In this document: piece after piece, positions 37,536-45,874 of the stretch
How the letters are laid out: each line of letters begins with the position of its first letter
How positions within the stretch are numbered: the first letter of the stretch is position 1
Assembly (NCBI GenBank): GCA_964560245.1
Contig: CAZLLC010000002.1
Span: 1-48,627 of the forward strand
Direction of reading: 5' to 3'
DNA from: an uncultured Oscillospiraceae bacterium
Lineage (GTDB): Bacteria; Bacillota; Clostridia; Oscillospirales; Oscillospiraceae
DNA length: 48,627 nucleotides
Made by a program: the position numbers and the translations under genes
Notes under the pieces: model-generated
Databases searched by the model: none
What the model saw: the letters and a program-made list of their open reading frames with translations, nothing else
What the model was told of the DNA's origin: nothing

Positions 37536-39551
37536 TTATTCAAACAGCACATCCTCTAACTTTTTTCCCTCCAGCAGCGCATAAAACCGCTGGCAGATCT
37601 CTTTTTCTTCTTCTGTAAGCTCAGTCCGGTTTTCAACATCCTTAAAGCGCTCGTATGTGTAATACCGCACGCCAATGGCGTTGATGCGCTGCATCATTTC
37701 AGGATCATCAAGGGGGAGCGCCACGCTTTCGGGATCTGTGAAGAACTTATTATACCCGGGAAAAGCAAAATGCTCCGCTTCGCCGGGATCGTATGCGTGG
37801 TAAGGCTTTATCACAACGCCTCTTTGCATAAGCGCTTTAAGCTTTTCAAAATGTGTTTTATAAACATCTGCCGGCAAACAGTTTTCCCGCTTGCAGATGC
37901 CTGCAGCCAAGCCGCAAACCTCACCCAACACACCGAGGGTCCTCATAACTCTTACGCAGGAAAAAGCAATATGAGTTGTGCTTACCAACCGACCGCCTAA
38001 GAAAAGGTTTTTAATGTCCTTAGAGTACAGACAACGGTAGGGGACAGGGTAATGCTCCTTAATACCCCGGTGTATGGCGCAGGAGCGGAAGGGCTCACCG
38101 AACATAGCAACATTCTTAGGATCGGGATAATGAATGTCTATATCCCAGGTCAGCGATGCGGTTGCATCAGGATAGGGGATATGTTGCTCAATGTCATTCT
38201 CGGTAAGAATATGTTCACCTTTTACACGGTAGCTTTCCCGTTTGCCGCCCAAAGGCGAGACCCAATTCAGCTTGCGATTTTTAAACTGATCCTTATCTTT
38301 GGAGTGGTTTTTAAGAAAGGACCAGTTGCAGAATATGGTCATCAGGGAATAATCCCGGATATATTCTGCTTCCAGCGCCATATCCCGGAACTGTCCAACC
38401 TCCCACTCCCAATCTCCGTAGGGCACCTTGTAGGAGTTTTTCTCGGTAAATTCAATACCCCAATCGATGTCAGGGAAGGCGGTATCGCCGTCACATACGG
38501 AGCTGTTCCAGGTGATGGTCATGCCCATAACCATATTATCGGCTTTATCGGGGGCAAGCGGCTCGTTGTATTCATCCTTTGCTTCCCGCCCATACATCAC
38601 TTCCGCACCACCTAAACGGGCTAAAGTTCCGTCACCGGTGCAATCGGCAAAAAGCCGACCCCGGTACCGTTTCATTTTTCCGGTATAAATGTTTTTGGTG
38701 GTTACTGAAGACAGAACATCACTTTCTTTTTGGATTGTGACTACGCGTTCGTTAAGAAACACGCCGCATTTTCCGCCTGCCCACCATTGTGCGGTACGGA
38801 AAGCATTCAGCTTGCGGTCATCTTCGTAAACACTCTTCTCAAAAGAACCGGGGGAACCGAATACCGGAGATATTTCCTGCAGTACATTTCCAAGCGCGGG
38901 ATAGGGCTGGGATCGGATCCATCCTCCAAGCCCCACCTTGATCTCTGAGCTGTTGCAGCCTCCAAGTATGGGTCTGTCCTGAATAAGCGCCGTGTTAAGC
39001 CCCTCGTATACAGCCGTGAGCGCCATACATACGCCGGCGATTCCGCCACCGCATACGATCAGATCGTAAAAAGTATCCGTTTCCTCGACACAAACGCCCG
39101 ATGCCTTTTCCCGAAATTCTTCTGTGTTGCAGGGTACATCATTTTGTTCCGTTGATAAATAGATCGCGTCGCATCTGCCGTTAAAACCTGTCAAATCGCA
39201 AAGGCAGAGTGTTTGGTCTGTGGATTCTGATGCCACACAACCTGCATATTGCCAGTTCCACTGTTCGCCGTTATTCCCAAGAATATTATCAAAGAATTTG
39301 TCCCCGAGCTTCAGACGGAATATTCCTCCGGCTGATCCTCTTTTCCATACCGCAGTCCAATCCCGTGTTCGTACCCAGGCATGCCATACACCGGGTTCCG
39401 GCAGCTTTATAGCGGTTGTGGCATCAGCAACCGGAACGCCCATGCCGTGTGCCATAACATAGGAAGAACCCATGGTTTCCATAGATTGCTGATCTACGAC
39501 CCAGCCGCCTAAGTTTTCAAAACTTTCGGCTTCTATAAATAAACTGCTCAT
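37536..39551 (-). CDS. FAD-dependent oxidoreductase with an N-terminal beta-sandwich
   Basis: DLIVCGGGIAG, LGGCNSSEI, FADCTGDG, KRESYR, VPYRCLYS, RVMRT. Confidence 0.85.
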   Translation of the reverse strand: MSSLFIEAESFENLGGWVVDQQSMETMGSSYVMAHGMGVPVADATTAIKLPEPGVWHAWVRTRDWTAVWKRGSAGGIFRLKLGDKFFDNILGNNGEQWNWQYAGCVASESTDQTLCLCDLTGFNGRCDAIYLSTEQNDVPCNTEEFREKASGVCVEETDTFYDLIVCGGGIAGVCMALTAVYEGLNTALIQDRPILGGCNSSEIKVGLGGWIRSQPYPALGNVLQEISPVFGSPGSFEKSVYEDDRKLNAFRTAQWWAGGKCGVFLNERVVTIQKESDVLSSVTTKNIYTGKMKRYRGRLFADCTGDGTLARLGGAEVMYGREAKDEYNEPLAPDKADNMVMGMTITWNSSVCDGDTAFPDIDWGIEFTEKNSYKVPYGDWEWEVGQFRDMALEAEYIRDYSLMTIFCNWSFLKNHSKDKDQFKNRKLNWVSPLGGKRESYRVKGEHILTENDIEQHIPYPDATASLTWDIDIHYPDPKNVAMFGEPFRSCAIHRGIKEHYPVPYRCLYSKDIKNLFLGGRLVSTTHIAFSCVRVMRTLGVLGEVCGLAAGICKRENCLPADVYKTHFEKLKALMQRGVVIKPYHAYDPGEAEHFAFPGYNKFFTDPESVALPLDDPEMMQRINAIGVRYYTYERFKDVENRTELTEEEKEICQRFYALLEGKKLEDVLFE

Positions 39552-39561
39552 ATTGAACTCC

Positions 39562-40266
39562 TTAGAGCGGATTTACCTGCTTATCAATGCCCCAAACCGT
39601 AACATCTTCCACAACAGCTCTTTGGGGAAGCTCTGCAACATACAAAACAGTTTGTGCGATATCCTCCGGCAGAAGCTGATCTGTGGTTTCTCCAATACCG
39701 CACGAACGCTGGAATGCAGTGCTTGCAGAGGAGGGGATCACGCAGGTTACTCTGACATTGTAAGGCTGCATTTCAAGATACATACCCTTTGAGAAGTTCA
39801 GCACGCCTGCTTTGGCCGCGGCGTATACCGACCAGGTGGGCCAGCACTGTCTGGCACAAACCGATGATATATTGATCATAGTACCGCTTTTTTGCTCTTT
39901 CATAATATCCGCAAATTCACGGCAGCCGTATATGACGCTGTTCAGGTTGAGTTTGATAGTGCTGTCGATCTCCGCAATAGAAAGCGCGTCCACATCCTTG
40001 ATGGCCACACCGCCGCCGGCGTTGTTCACAAGAATGTCCAGCCTGCCGTAGTTTTCCGCAATGAATGCTTTGGCGCGTTGCCAATCCTCAGGCTTTGTAA
40101 CATCCATAACAATGGCTGAAGCCGCGCCGGTTTCAGCTTTTGCCATATCCAGCCGTTGCTGGTTTCTTGCGGCAATGATCACCGTATAACCCTTGTCAGC
40201 AAAGGCTTTTGCGGTGGCTTTTCCGTATCCGCTGGAAGCGCCGGTAATTAAAACAATTTTTTGCAT
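39562..40266 (-). CDS. Short-chain dehydrogenase/reductase (SDR)
   Basis: ITGASSGYG, LVNNAG, NISS, YAAAK. Confidence 0.93.
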   Translation of the reverse strand: MQKIVLITGASSGYGKATAKAFADKGYTVIIAARNQQRLDMAKAETGAASAIVMDVTKPEDWQRAKAFIAENYGRLDILVNNAGGGVAIKDVDALSIAEIDSTIKLNLNSVIYGCREFADIMKEQKSGTMINISSVCARQCWPTWSVYAAAKAGVLNFSKGMYLEMQPYNVRVTCVIPSSASTAFQRSCGIGETTDQLLPEDIAQTVLYVAELPQRAVVEDVTVWGIDKQVNPL

Positions 40267-40284
40267 ATGTATTTCTCCTTTTCG

Positions 40285-41127
40285 TTATTTGATAGGTATT
40301 CTGATTTCCCAGGAGAAGCCTTCCTGATCCATATTGGCAGGATAAACTTCTGTGGTCGGTATATCGGTTCGCTTTTCAAGACCGGCAGAAGGAAGCCATT
40401 CGTATATAATTTTTGTATATATTGAGGCTACATAGGCATCATCAGTGCTGTTAAGGGTAAAAACGGCCCAGTCAGTTTTCGGCAGGAGCACCTTGGTAAG
40501 TCCGTCACAAACCGTCAGCTTTGATTTTGCGCCTATAACACACCGGACCGTACCATCCGGCATATTGTCATAAAGTGCATACAGCTTGCCATCCTCAGAT
40601 ACCGACAACACCTTACGGTCCGCACCAACCGCATAAAAGCTCGACCATACGGCTTCGCAGCAGTCAGAATCGTTTTCGTCTGATATTCCGCAAAAACCGA
40701 AAATGTGCATATCTTCTGTTTTTATTATTTTTATCGGCACACTTTCAAGACCTGTCCTTCGAAGCTCAAAAGAAGGTTTGGATAATAATTCAACCGAAAT
40801 ATCACCTTTTTTGAGTAAAAGAGGGGATATGCCGTGCATCGCTTTAAATGCTGTTGTGAAAGCGGACTGACTTGAATAACCGTACTTTTCCGCAATATTT
40901 GAAATATCTCCAGCGCCGGAACGGATGATTTCAAAGGCTGCAAGGGAAAGCCGGCGTTTCCGAATGTACTCTCCAACCGGTATTCCTACCACAAAAGAAA
41001 AGATCCGTCTGAACTCATAGACTGAAAGACCTGTCATTTGCGCAAGCGTTTCGCAGCTGATCTGTTTGGTTATGTGATCTTCAATATAGTCAATAACTCT
41101 ATTTACTGATTTAATTCCGTCAAAAAT
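40285..41127 (-). CDS. AraC-family regulator with a C-terminal GyrI-like effector domain; probable ATT start
   Basis: The frame is open upstream of ATG 41037 as (I)FDGIKSVNRVIDYIEDH; SD AGGAGG lies 7 nt before ATT 41127; YIRKRRL..YGYSSQSAFT HTH; IYEWLP..EIRIPI GyrI-like end. Confidence 0.8.
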   Translation of the reverse strand: MFDGIKSVNRVIDYIEDHITKQISCETLAQMTGLSVYEFRRIFSFVVGIPVGEYIRKRRLSLAAFEIIRSGAGDISNIAEKYGYSSQSAFTTAFKAMHGISPLLLKKGDISVELLSKPSFELRRTGLESVPIKIIKTEDMHIFGFCGISDENDSDCCEAVWSSFYAVGADRKVLSVSEDGKLYALYDNMPDGTVRCVIGAKSKLTVCDGLTKVLLPKTDWAVFTLNSTDDAYVASIYTKIIYEWLPSAGLEKRTDIPTTEVYPANMDQEGFSWEIRIPIK

Positions 41128-41270
41128 AGCAAACCCTCCTTAGAAGATATATCTGTATTATACCATATCTGTACAAAGATTGTTTTATAATTTTTGCATT
41201 TTTATGTAAAAACTAAACTAAAATACTAACTGCAGGAAATGCAGAATAGATTTTGGTAAGGAGGTATTCT

Positions 41271-41384
41271 ATGGCAAAGAAGGAACGCGCATTCATATTT
41301 GAAAATCCCAATTCGTCTAAGGAAACAGAACAAACACTGAAGAAGATTTTGCTGGAAAAGCTCCTTTCCAATAAAATCAAGTAA
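41271..41384 (+). CDS. 37-aa small basic protein upstream of the recombinase
   Basis: Strong SD TAAGGAGGT, then MAKKERAFIFENPNSSKETEQTLKKILLEKLLSNKIK*; too short for the ORF track. Confidence 0.7.
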   Translation: MAKKERAFIFENPNSSKETEQTLKKILLEKLLSNKIK

Positions 41385-41470
41385 CACATATCCGCTATTT
41401 ACATTTTAGAAAAAATTGTATCACAATAGTATTGGATATGGGTTGGTTGACAGAAAGGAGCAACCAACAA

Positions 41471-43033
41471 ATGAAAATAGCTGCATATTGTCGTGTCTCG
41501 ACGGACAAGGACGAGCAGATTGATAGCTTGATCCACCAGAAGGAATTCTTTGTGGAGTATGCCAAACGTAACGGCCATGAACTATTCCGCTTATATGCGG
41601 ACGAAGGCATTACCGGTACATCCCTGAAAAAGCGCGAGGAATTCAAACGGCTTTTACGGGATGCGGAGCTGGGCCTTTTCGATATGGTGGTGGTGAAGGA
41701 CATCAGCCGATTTGCCCGAAATACCGTAGATGCCTTACAGAGTATCCGTAAGCTGAAATCCATGGGCATCAACACCCTGTTTCTTACAGCCAATATGGAT
41801 TCTATGGGAGACAGTGAATTTGTGCTGACCCTGTTTTCTGCTATGGCGCAGGAGGAAAGCAATAATCTAAGTAAGCGTGTCAAGTGGGGAAAACGAATCA
41901 ATGCGGAAAAGGGGAGAGTTCCCCAAAGGCTTTTTGGCTATGACCGGGTCGATAATTTTACTTTGCAGATCAATCCGGAAGAAGCCCGGATTGTTCGCAA
42001 GATCTTTTCGCTTTACAATGAGCAAGGCTTGGGCTGCCGAACCGTAAGTACGACCCTGAATCGGGATAACGACAAAACAAAATACGGCAACGACTGGAAT
42101 GCCCGAGGGGTCAGGCGCGTGCTTGTGAACCCTGTTTATTGCGGCATACTGGTCAATCATAAATACGAGATCGAAGATTTTTTGACCGGCAAGCAGGTGA
42201 ATATCCCAAAAGAGGAGCATTTCTACCACCAGCGACCGGAATGGGCGATCGTCACAGCTGAAACATACCAACGGGCGCAGGAAATTATGGAATCCCGCCG
42301 CGTCAAATACGACTCTGGGGAACCCTTCAGAGCGGGCAGATACAGCTCCAGGCACATATTCTCCACACTCATTAAGTGTGAGCATTGCGGGAGATCCTTT
42401 ACCCGGAAGACCTATACATATGTAAACACCCGGGTATACTGGCGGTGCGTTACCAATGACCAGTACACTGCGGAGAAGTGCGACAACCGTGTCATTTTGG
42501 ACGAGCCTGAGTTGCTGAACCAAATCCGGTTGTATATTTCTTCCCTGATAGAAGATAAAGAAGGTTTTATTGCCGGCATATTGGAAGAGATTGAAAAAGA
42601 GACTGCCCAGTCCCAAGCTCCGGAGCAAATAAAAAGGGAAGCGGAAGCCAAACGAAAAAAGCTGCTTGCCAAAAAGGAACGTTATCAGGAACTGTACGCC
42701 AATGATCTGATGGATATGGATGAACTGAAAGAAAAGCTGACAGTCATTACGGAGGAGATCAGGAAAACAGATGATCTTTTGGCACAACTGTCTCAAACCG
42801 GAAAATCCCAAAACGACAGCCGGGGCGCGGCTGAAGGCTACAGAGCAGAAATTGATCGGTTTTTAAGTATGGAAAATGTGACCAATGTGGATATGCGTCA
42901 AATTATTGACTATATTTCCGTTCGTAAAGACGGCAGCATCCGTGTGGTTCTGAAGAAGTTTGAAAAATACAATTCCACACAGCGAATTGGTGTCCGTGGT
43001 GGAGGTGCTGGATCCTATGGTGCTGGCGTCTAA
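41471..43033 (+). CDS. Large serine recombinase (resolvase, recombinase and Zn-ribbon/coiled-coil domains)
   Basis: YCRVS catalytic Ser, DEGITGT, KDISRFARN, FGYD, NPVYCG, CEHCG..WRC..C; SD GAAAGGAG before ATG 41471. Confidence 0.95.
   Translation: MKIAAYCRVSTDKDEQIDSLIHQKEFFVEYAKRNGHELFRLYADEGITGTSLKKREEFKRLLRDAELGLFDMVVVKDISRFARNTVDALQSIRKLKSMGINTLFLTANMDSMGDSEFVLTLFSAMAQEESNNLSKRVKWGKRINAEKGRVPQRLFGYDRVDNFTLQINPEEARIVRKIFSLYNEQGLGCRTVSTTLNRDNDKTKYGNDWNARGVRRVLVNPVYCGILVNHKYEIEDFLTGKQVNIPKEEHFYHQRPEWAIVTAETYQRAQEIMESRRVKYDSGEPFRAGRYSSRHIFSTLIKCEHCGRSFTRKTYTYVNTRVYWRCVTNDQYTAEKCDNRVILDEPELLNQIRLYISSLIEDKEGFIAGILEEIEKETAQSQAPEQIKREAEAKRKKLLAKKERYQELYANDLMDMDELKEKLTVITEEIRKTDDLLAQLSQTGKSQNDSRGAAEGYRAEIDRFLSMENVTNVDMRQIIDYISVRKDGSIRVVLKKFEKYNSTQRIGVRGGGAGSYGAGV
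42960..43020. mobile_element. Inferred attachment junction of an integrated element (crossover near 42993-42996)
   Basis: The recombinase-like sequence ends at IRVVLKKFEK, and host-gene-like sequence VVEVLDP begins at 42996 in another frame. Confidence 0.55.
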
Positions 43034-43358
43034 GGTTCGGGAAAGCTGTAAGTGCAAGGACTGCGCTGTTGTTCAGATCCCTGAAAGCATTGCGTCGGCT
43101 TTTGACGAGGAACTGGTGCTGCGGGACGATCAGCGCCGTTTGTATGTGACACTGGGGCAGTTTTCCATCATCCGCCTGGAACGGGATGCCCAGTTGGTGG
43201 TGCCTGTGATCTCCTACAGTATTCCATCCAAGGAATGCTCAGATAATCCGGGCTGCGCAGAGGATCCCTGTGAGATGTTCTCCCGTATTCCGTTCCCCAC
43301 AGAACGGTTTGCGCCACGGAACTGCGATCAAAAGAAAGACTGTTGCGACTGCGACTAA
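42993..43358 (+). pseudogene. 3' half of an interrupted conserved Cys-rich clostridial protein (possibly spore-surface)
   Basis: VVEVLDPMVL..LYVTLGQFSIIRLERDAQLVVP..PSKEC..DPCEMFSRIPFP..CCDCD recalls the C-terminal part of a roughly 250-300-aa family; no SD or credible start; has its own terminator. Confidence 0.65.
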
Positions 43359-43364
43359 TAATGA

Positions 43365-43398
43365 TCCCGGGGTGCTTTGGCATCCCGGGCTTTAGTTA
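43365..43398 (+). terminator. Intrinsic terminator of the interrupted host gene
   Basis: CCCGGGGTGC-tttg-GCATCCCGGG followed by CTTTAGTT. Confidence 0.75.
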
Positions 43399-43448
43399 AA
43401 ACAGAACGGTCAAAATAAGTTAAATCAGAATTTTGCGCACCAAAAAAT

Positions 43449-43581
43449 ACCTTCCCCCGGGGGAAAGGTGTCCCGAAGGGGCGGATGAGGAACGGCGAAA
43501 TCTGAAAGTTTAGAAAATGTTTGTTTCTGCGTATAAATTACCAGGTTTCTGCCCGCATTCCTCATCAGTCTGCCCTGCGGC
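43449..43581. repeat. REP-like palindrome with a truncated inverted partner
   Basis: ACCTTCCCCCGGGGGAAAGGTGTCCCGAAGGGGCGGATGAGGA (43449-43491) and TTCCTCATCAGTC.. (from 43558); same type as 48576-48621. Confidence 0.7.
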
Positions 43582-43626
43582 GCATACTGGTGATCTAAAC
43601 AATAATTTTCAGAAACAATATAGTTT

Positions 43627-43650
43627 TGAGGGTGTCGTGGGACACCCTCA
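43627..43650. terminator. Hairpin just after the recD2-comF-mreB operon
   Basis: TGAGGGTGTC-gtgg-GACACCCTCA; no clear U-run on the minus strand. Confidence 0.5.
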
Positions 43651-43653
43651 TAT

Positions 43654-44151
43654 TTAATGTTCAATTACATTGGGCAGGATGCCGTCCAGCTCTACATAAT
43701 AATGCTTAAACCGCTCCTTGTCTGTGTAGATCCGGACGGGATGCCCGATAATGGAGCGATCCGGGTAATTGCGCAGAATGCTGCTGCGGAAGATGTGGAT
43801 CTGACCGCGACTGTCAGTGTGCCGCGCCAAAACGCAGTACCGGCAGCGGGCAGTACTCTCGCTGTAATAGACAGGGATGATGTCTGCAATTTCGCCCCAA
43901 ATATAGTTGTCGCAGGCAATGGCTTTTTTGACCTTGCTTTTGTGAATTAGGTATGCAATCACAAAACCCAAACCAAACAAAAGAAAGAAAACGCCCAAAG
44001 CGGCAAATACGATTCCTACAATAAAATCTTCTTCATCTACAGGGAAACAGGCAAGACCAACTCCCAGCACACTGAACAGACCACCCATCAGACTGAATAC
44101 AGTGGCAATAATGGCAGAAGCACTGGAAAAACCCAGCTTTTTATTATTCAT
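43654..44151 (-). CDS. Small membrane protein (two N-terminal TM helices plus a soluble beta domain)
   Basis: Hydrophobic N-terminal half; start overlaps the mreB stop. Confidence 0.75.
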   Translation of the reverse strand: MNNKKLGFSSASAIIATVFSLMGGLFSVLGVGLACFPVDEEDFIVGIVFAALGVFFLLFGLGFVIAYLIHKSKVKKAIACDNYIWGEIADIIPVYYSESTARCRYCVLARHTDSRGQIHIFRSSILRNYPDRSIIGHPVRIYTDKERFKHYYVELDGILPNVIEH

Positions 44152-45202
44152 ACCGCTGGGCTCCTAACCCCTTCAGCAGGCGGCGGCGGGCGATGTTGAT
44201 GGGGCCTTCGGTCATATGATTGATCCACTTAAGGCTCTTTCCGCAGCCGTAGACCACGCAGGAGGCAGGATCGTCAGCAACAGAGCAGACAATACCGGTG
44301 CGCTCTGCCAAAAGCTGTGCCATACCCCAGATCTGACTGGCGCCGCCGGTGAGCGTAATGCCGTTTTCCGCAATATCGCTGACCAGCTCTGCGGAGGCAT
44401 CCTCCAGCACAGAAAGAACTTCGTCGGCAATGGTTTTGGCAGGACGGCGCAGGACTTCAAACAGTTCAGAAGAAGTCAGGGTCAATTCCCGGGGCATACC
44501 GGTCTTGGCATCCCGTCCACGGACAGTCATTGCCGCATCCTCCTGACGGGGATATACACAGCCGATCTGAATCTTTACATCCTCAGCGGTGGTAGAGCCG
44601 ATGATCACGCCGTGCTTGCGGCGCACGTGTTTGACGATGGCATCGTCCATGGCGATGCCGGCTGTTTTGATAGAGGAGGAAACGGCAACGCCGTTCATCG
44701 TCAGCACAGCGATATCTGTCGTGCCGCCGCCAATATCCACCACCATATGGCCCTTGGGCACATTCAGGTCCAGACCGGCACCCATAGCGGCAGCTAAAGG
44801 CTCTTCCATCAGGTACACCCGTCGTGCGCCGGCTTCAATGGCGGCGTTGATGACGGTCCGTTCCTCCACTTCCGTCACACCGCTGGGCACGCAGATGACC
44901 ACTCTGGGCTTGGGTGTAAACAGATTGGATTTTGCAGACACCCGGAACAGGTGCTGCAGCATTTTGACGGTCATTTCGTGGTCAGAGATCACGCCGTCCT
45001 TCAGCGGATGCATCGCCACCACATTGCCCGGGGTGCGTCCCAGCATATTCCGGGCAGCAGCGCCAACCTGCAGAATACGGCCGGTGTTTTTATCCACAGC
45101 CACCACAGAAGGCTCACGGGTCACAACACCGCTGCCGTCTACATAGATCAGTACATTGGAGGTTCCCAGGTCAATACCCAGGTCGTGAGAGAATAATTGC
45201 AT
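44144..45202 (-). CDS. mreB: Rod shape-determining actin-like protein (MreB/Mbl)
   Basis: GIDLGTSN, EPSVVA, PLKDGVI, VPSGVTEVE, EEPLAAA, VVDIGGGTTD, LTGG. Confidence 0.93.
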   Translation of the reverse strand: MQLFSHDLGIDLGTSNVLIYVDGSGVVTREPSVVAVDKNTGRILQVGAAARNMLGRTPGNVVAMHPLKDGVISDHEMTVKMLQHLFRVSAKSNLFTPKPRVVICVPSGVTEVEERTVINAAIEAGARRVYLMEEPLAAAMGAGLDLNVPKGHMVVDIGGGTTDIAVLTMNGVAVSSSIKTAGIAMDDAIVKHVRRKHGVIIGSTTAEDVKIQIGCVYPRQEDAAMTVRGRDAKTGMPRELTLTSSELFEVLRRPAKTIADEVLSVLEDASAELVSDIAENGITLTGGASQIWGMAQLLAERTGIVCSVADDPASCVVYGCGKSLKWINHMTEGPINIARRRLLKGLGAQRYE

Positions 45203-45208
45203 AACGTT

Positions 45209-45874
45209 TCACCTGCGTTTTTCTTTTTTATCGTGTGGAGCCGCAACAGCGGCGCAGTATACTTGTTCAGCGCCGAAGGTACCGAGCATTCGGGCGCATT
45301 CGGAAACGGTGGAGCCGGTGGTGATGATATCATCCAGCAGCAAGATCTTCTTACCGGTAACCAGCTCAGGTTCTGTAACGGTGTATGCGCCCAAAACATT
45401 GGCGCGGCGGGCAGCAGCCATAGAAATACGGGATTGGGGCTTGGTATGGCGGATCTTTTTCAGCACAGGAACCGCCGGCGTGCCCAATTCCTCACCCACA
45501 GCCCTGGCGATCAGCTCTACCTGATCGAAGCCCCGAAACCAACGGCGCCGGTCGCTGATGGGCACCCAGGTCAGAATGTCGTAGCCGCACAGGGGCTTGC
45601 TGCTGAGCTTCATTGCCAGCATTCTTCCGTAAACAGCACCGTAGTGCCGGCGGTTGGAGAACTTATACCGCAGAATGCTTTTTCTTACATCACCGCTATA
45701 ATACCACAAGGAAGTCCAACCTGCAACAAAAGAAATTTTTTGTTTGGATTTTGTAAATTCTTCTGTGTCTGTCCGGCAGCGGTGACACAAGTCTGTTTCC
45801 TGCGCTGTCAACAGCTTCTGACACAAAATGCACTTGGGTGGGAATATGATATTTAAAATATGGTCTGCAATCAT
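45209..45874 (-). CDS. comF: ComF-family protein (Zn ribbon plus phosphoribosyltransferase domain)
   Basis: FPPKCILC..LCHRC, RGFDQ, LLDDIITTGST. Confidence 0.9.
   Translation of the reverse strand: MIADHILNIIFPPKCILCQKLLTAQETDLCHRCRTDTEEFTKSKQKISFVAGWTSLWYYSGDVRKSILRYKFSNRRHYGAVYGRMLAMKLSSKPLCGYDILTWVPISDRRRWFRGFDQVELIARAVGEELGTPAVPVLKKIRHTKPQSRISMAAARRANVLGAYTVTEPELVTGKKILLLDDIITTGSTVSECARMLGTFGAEQVYCAAVAAPHDKKEKRR

Noticed and set aside
41140..41270. Sporulation sigma-factor (sigE/sigK) promoter for the small ORF and recombinase
   Set aside because: Only weak partial matches in AT-rich DNA with unconvincing spacing
42960..42992. TTG start giving a complete 132-aa protein
   Set aside because: It has no SD, lies inside the recombinase gene, and the first residues do not look like part of the conserved family; better explained as an att junction
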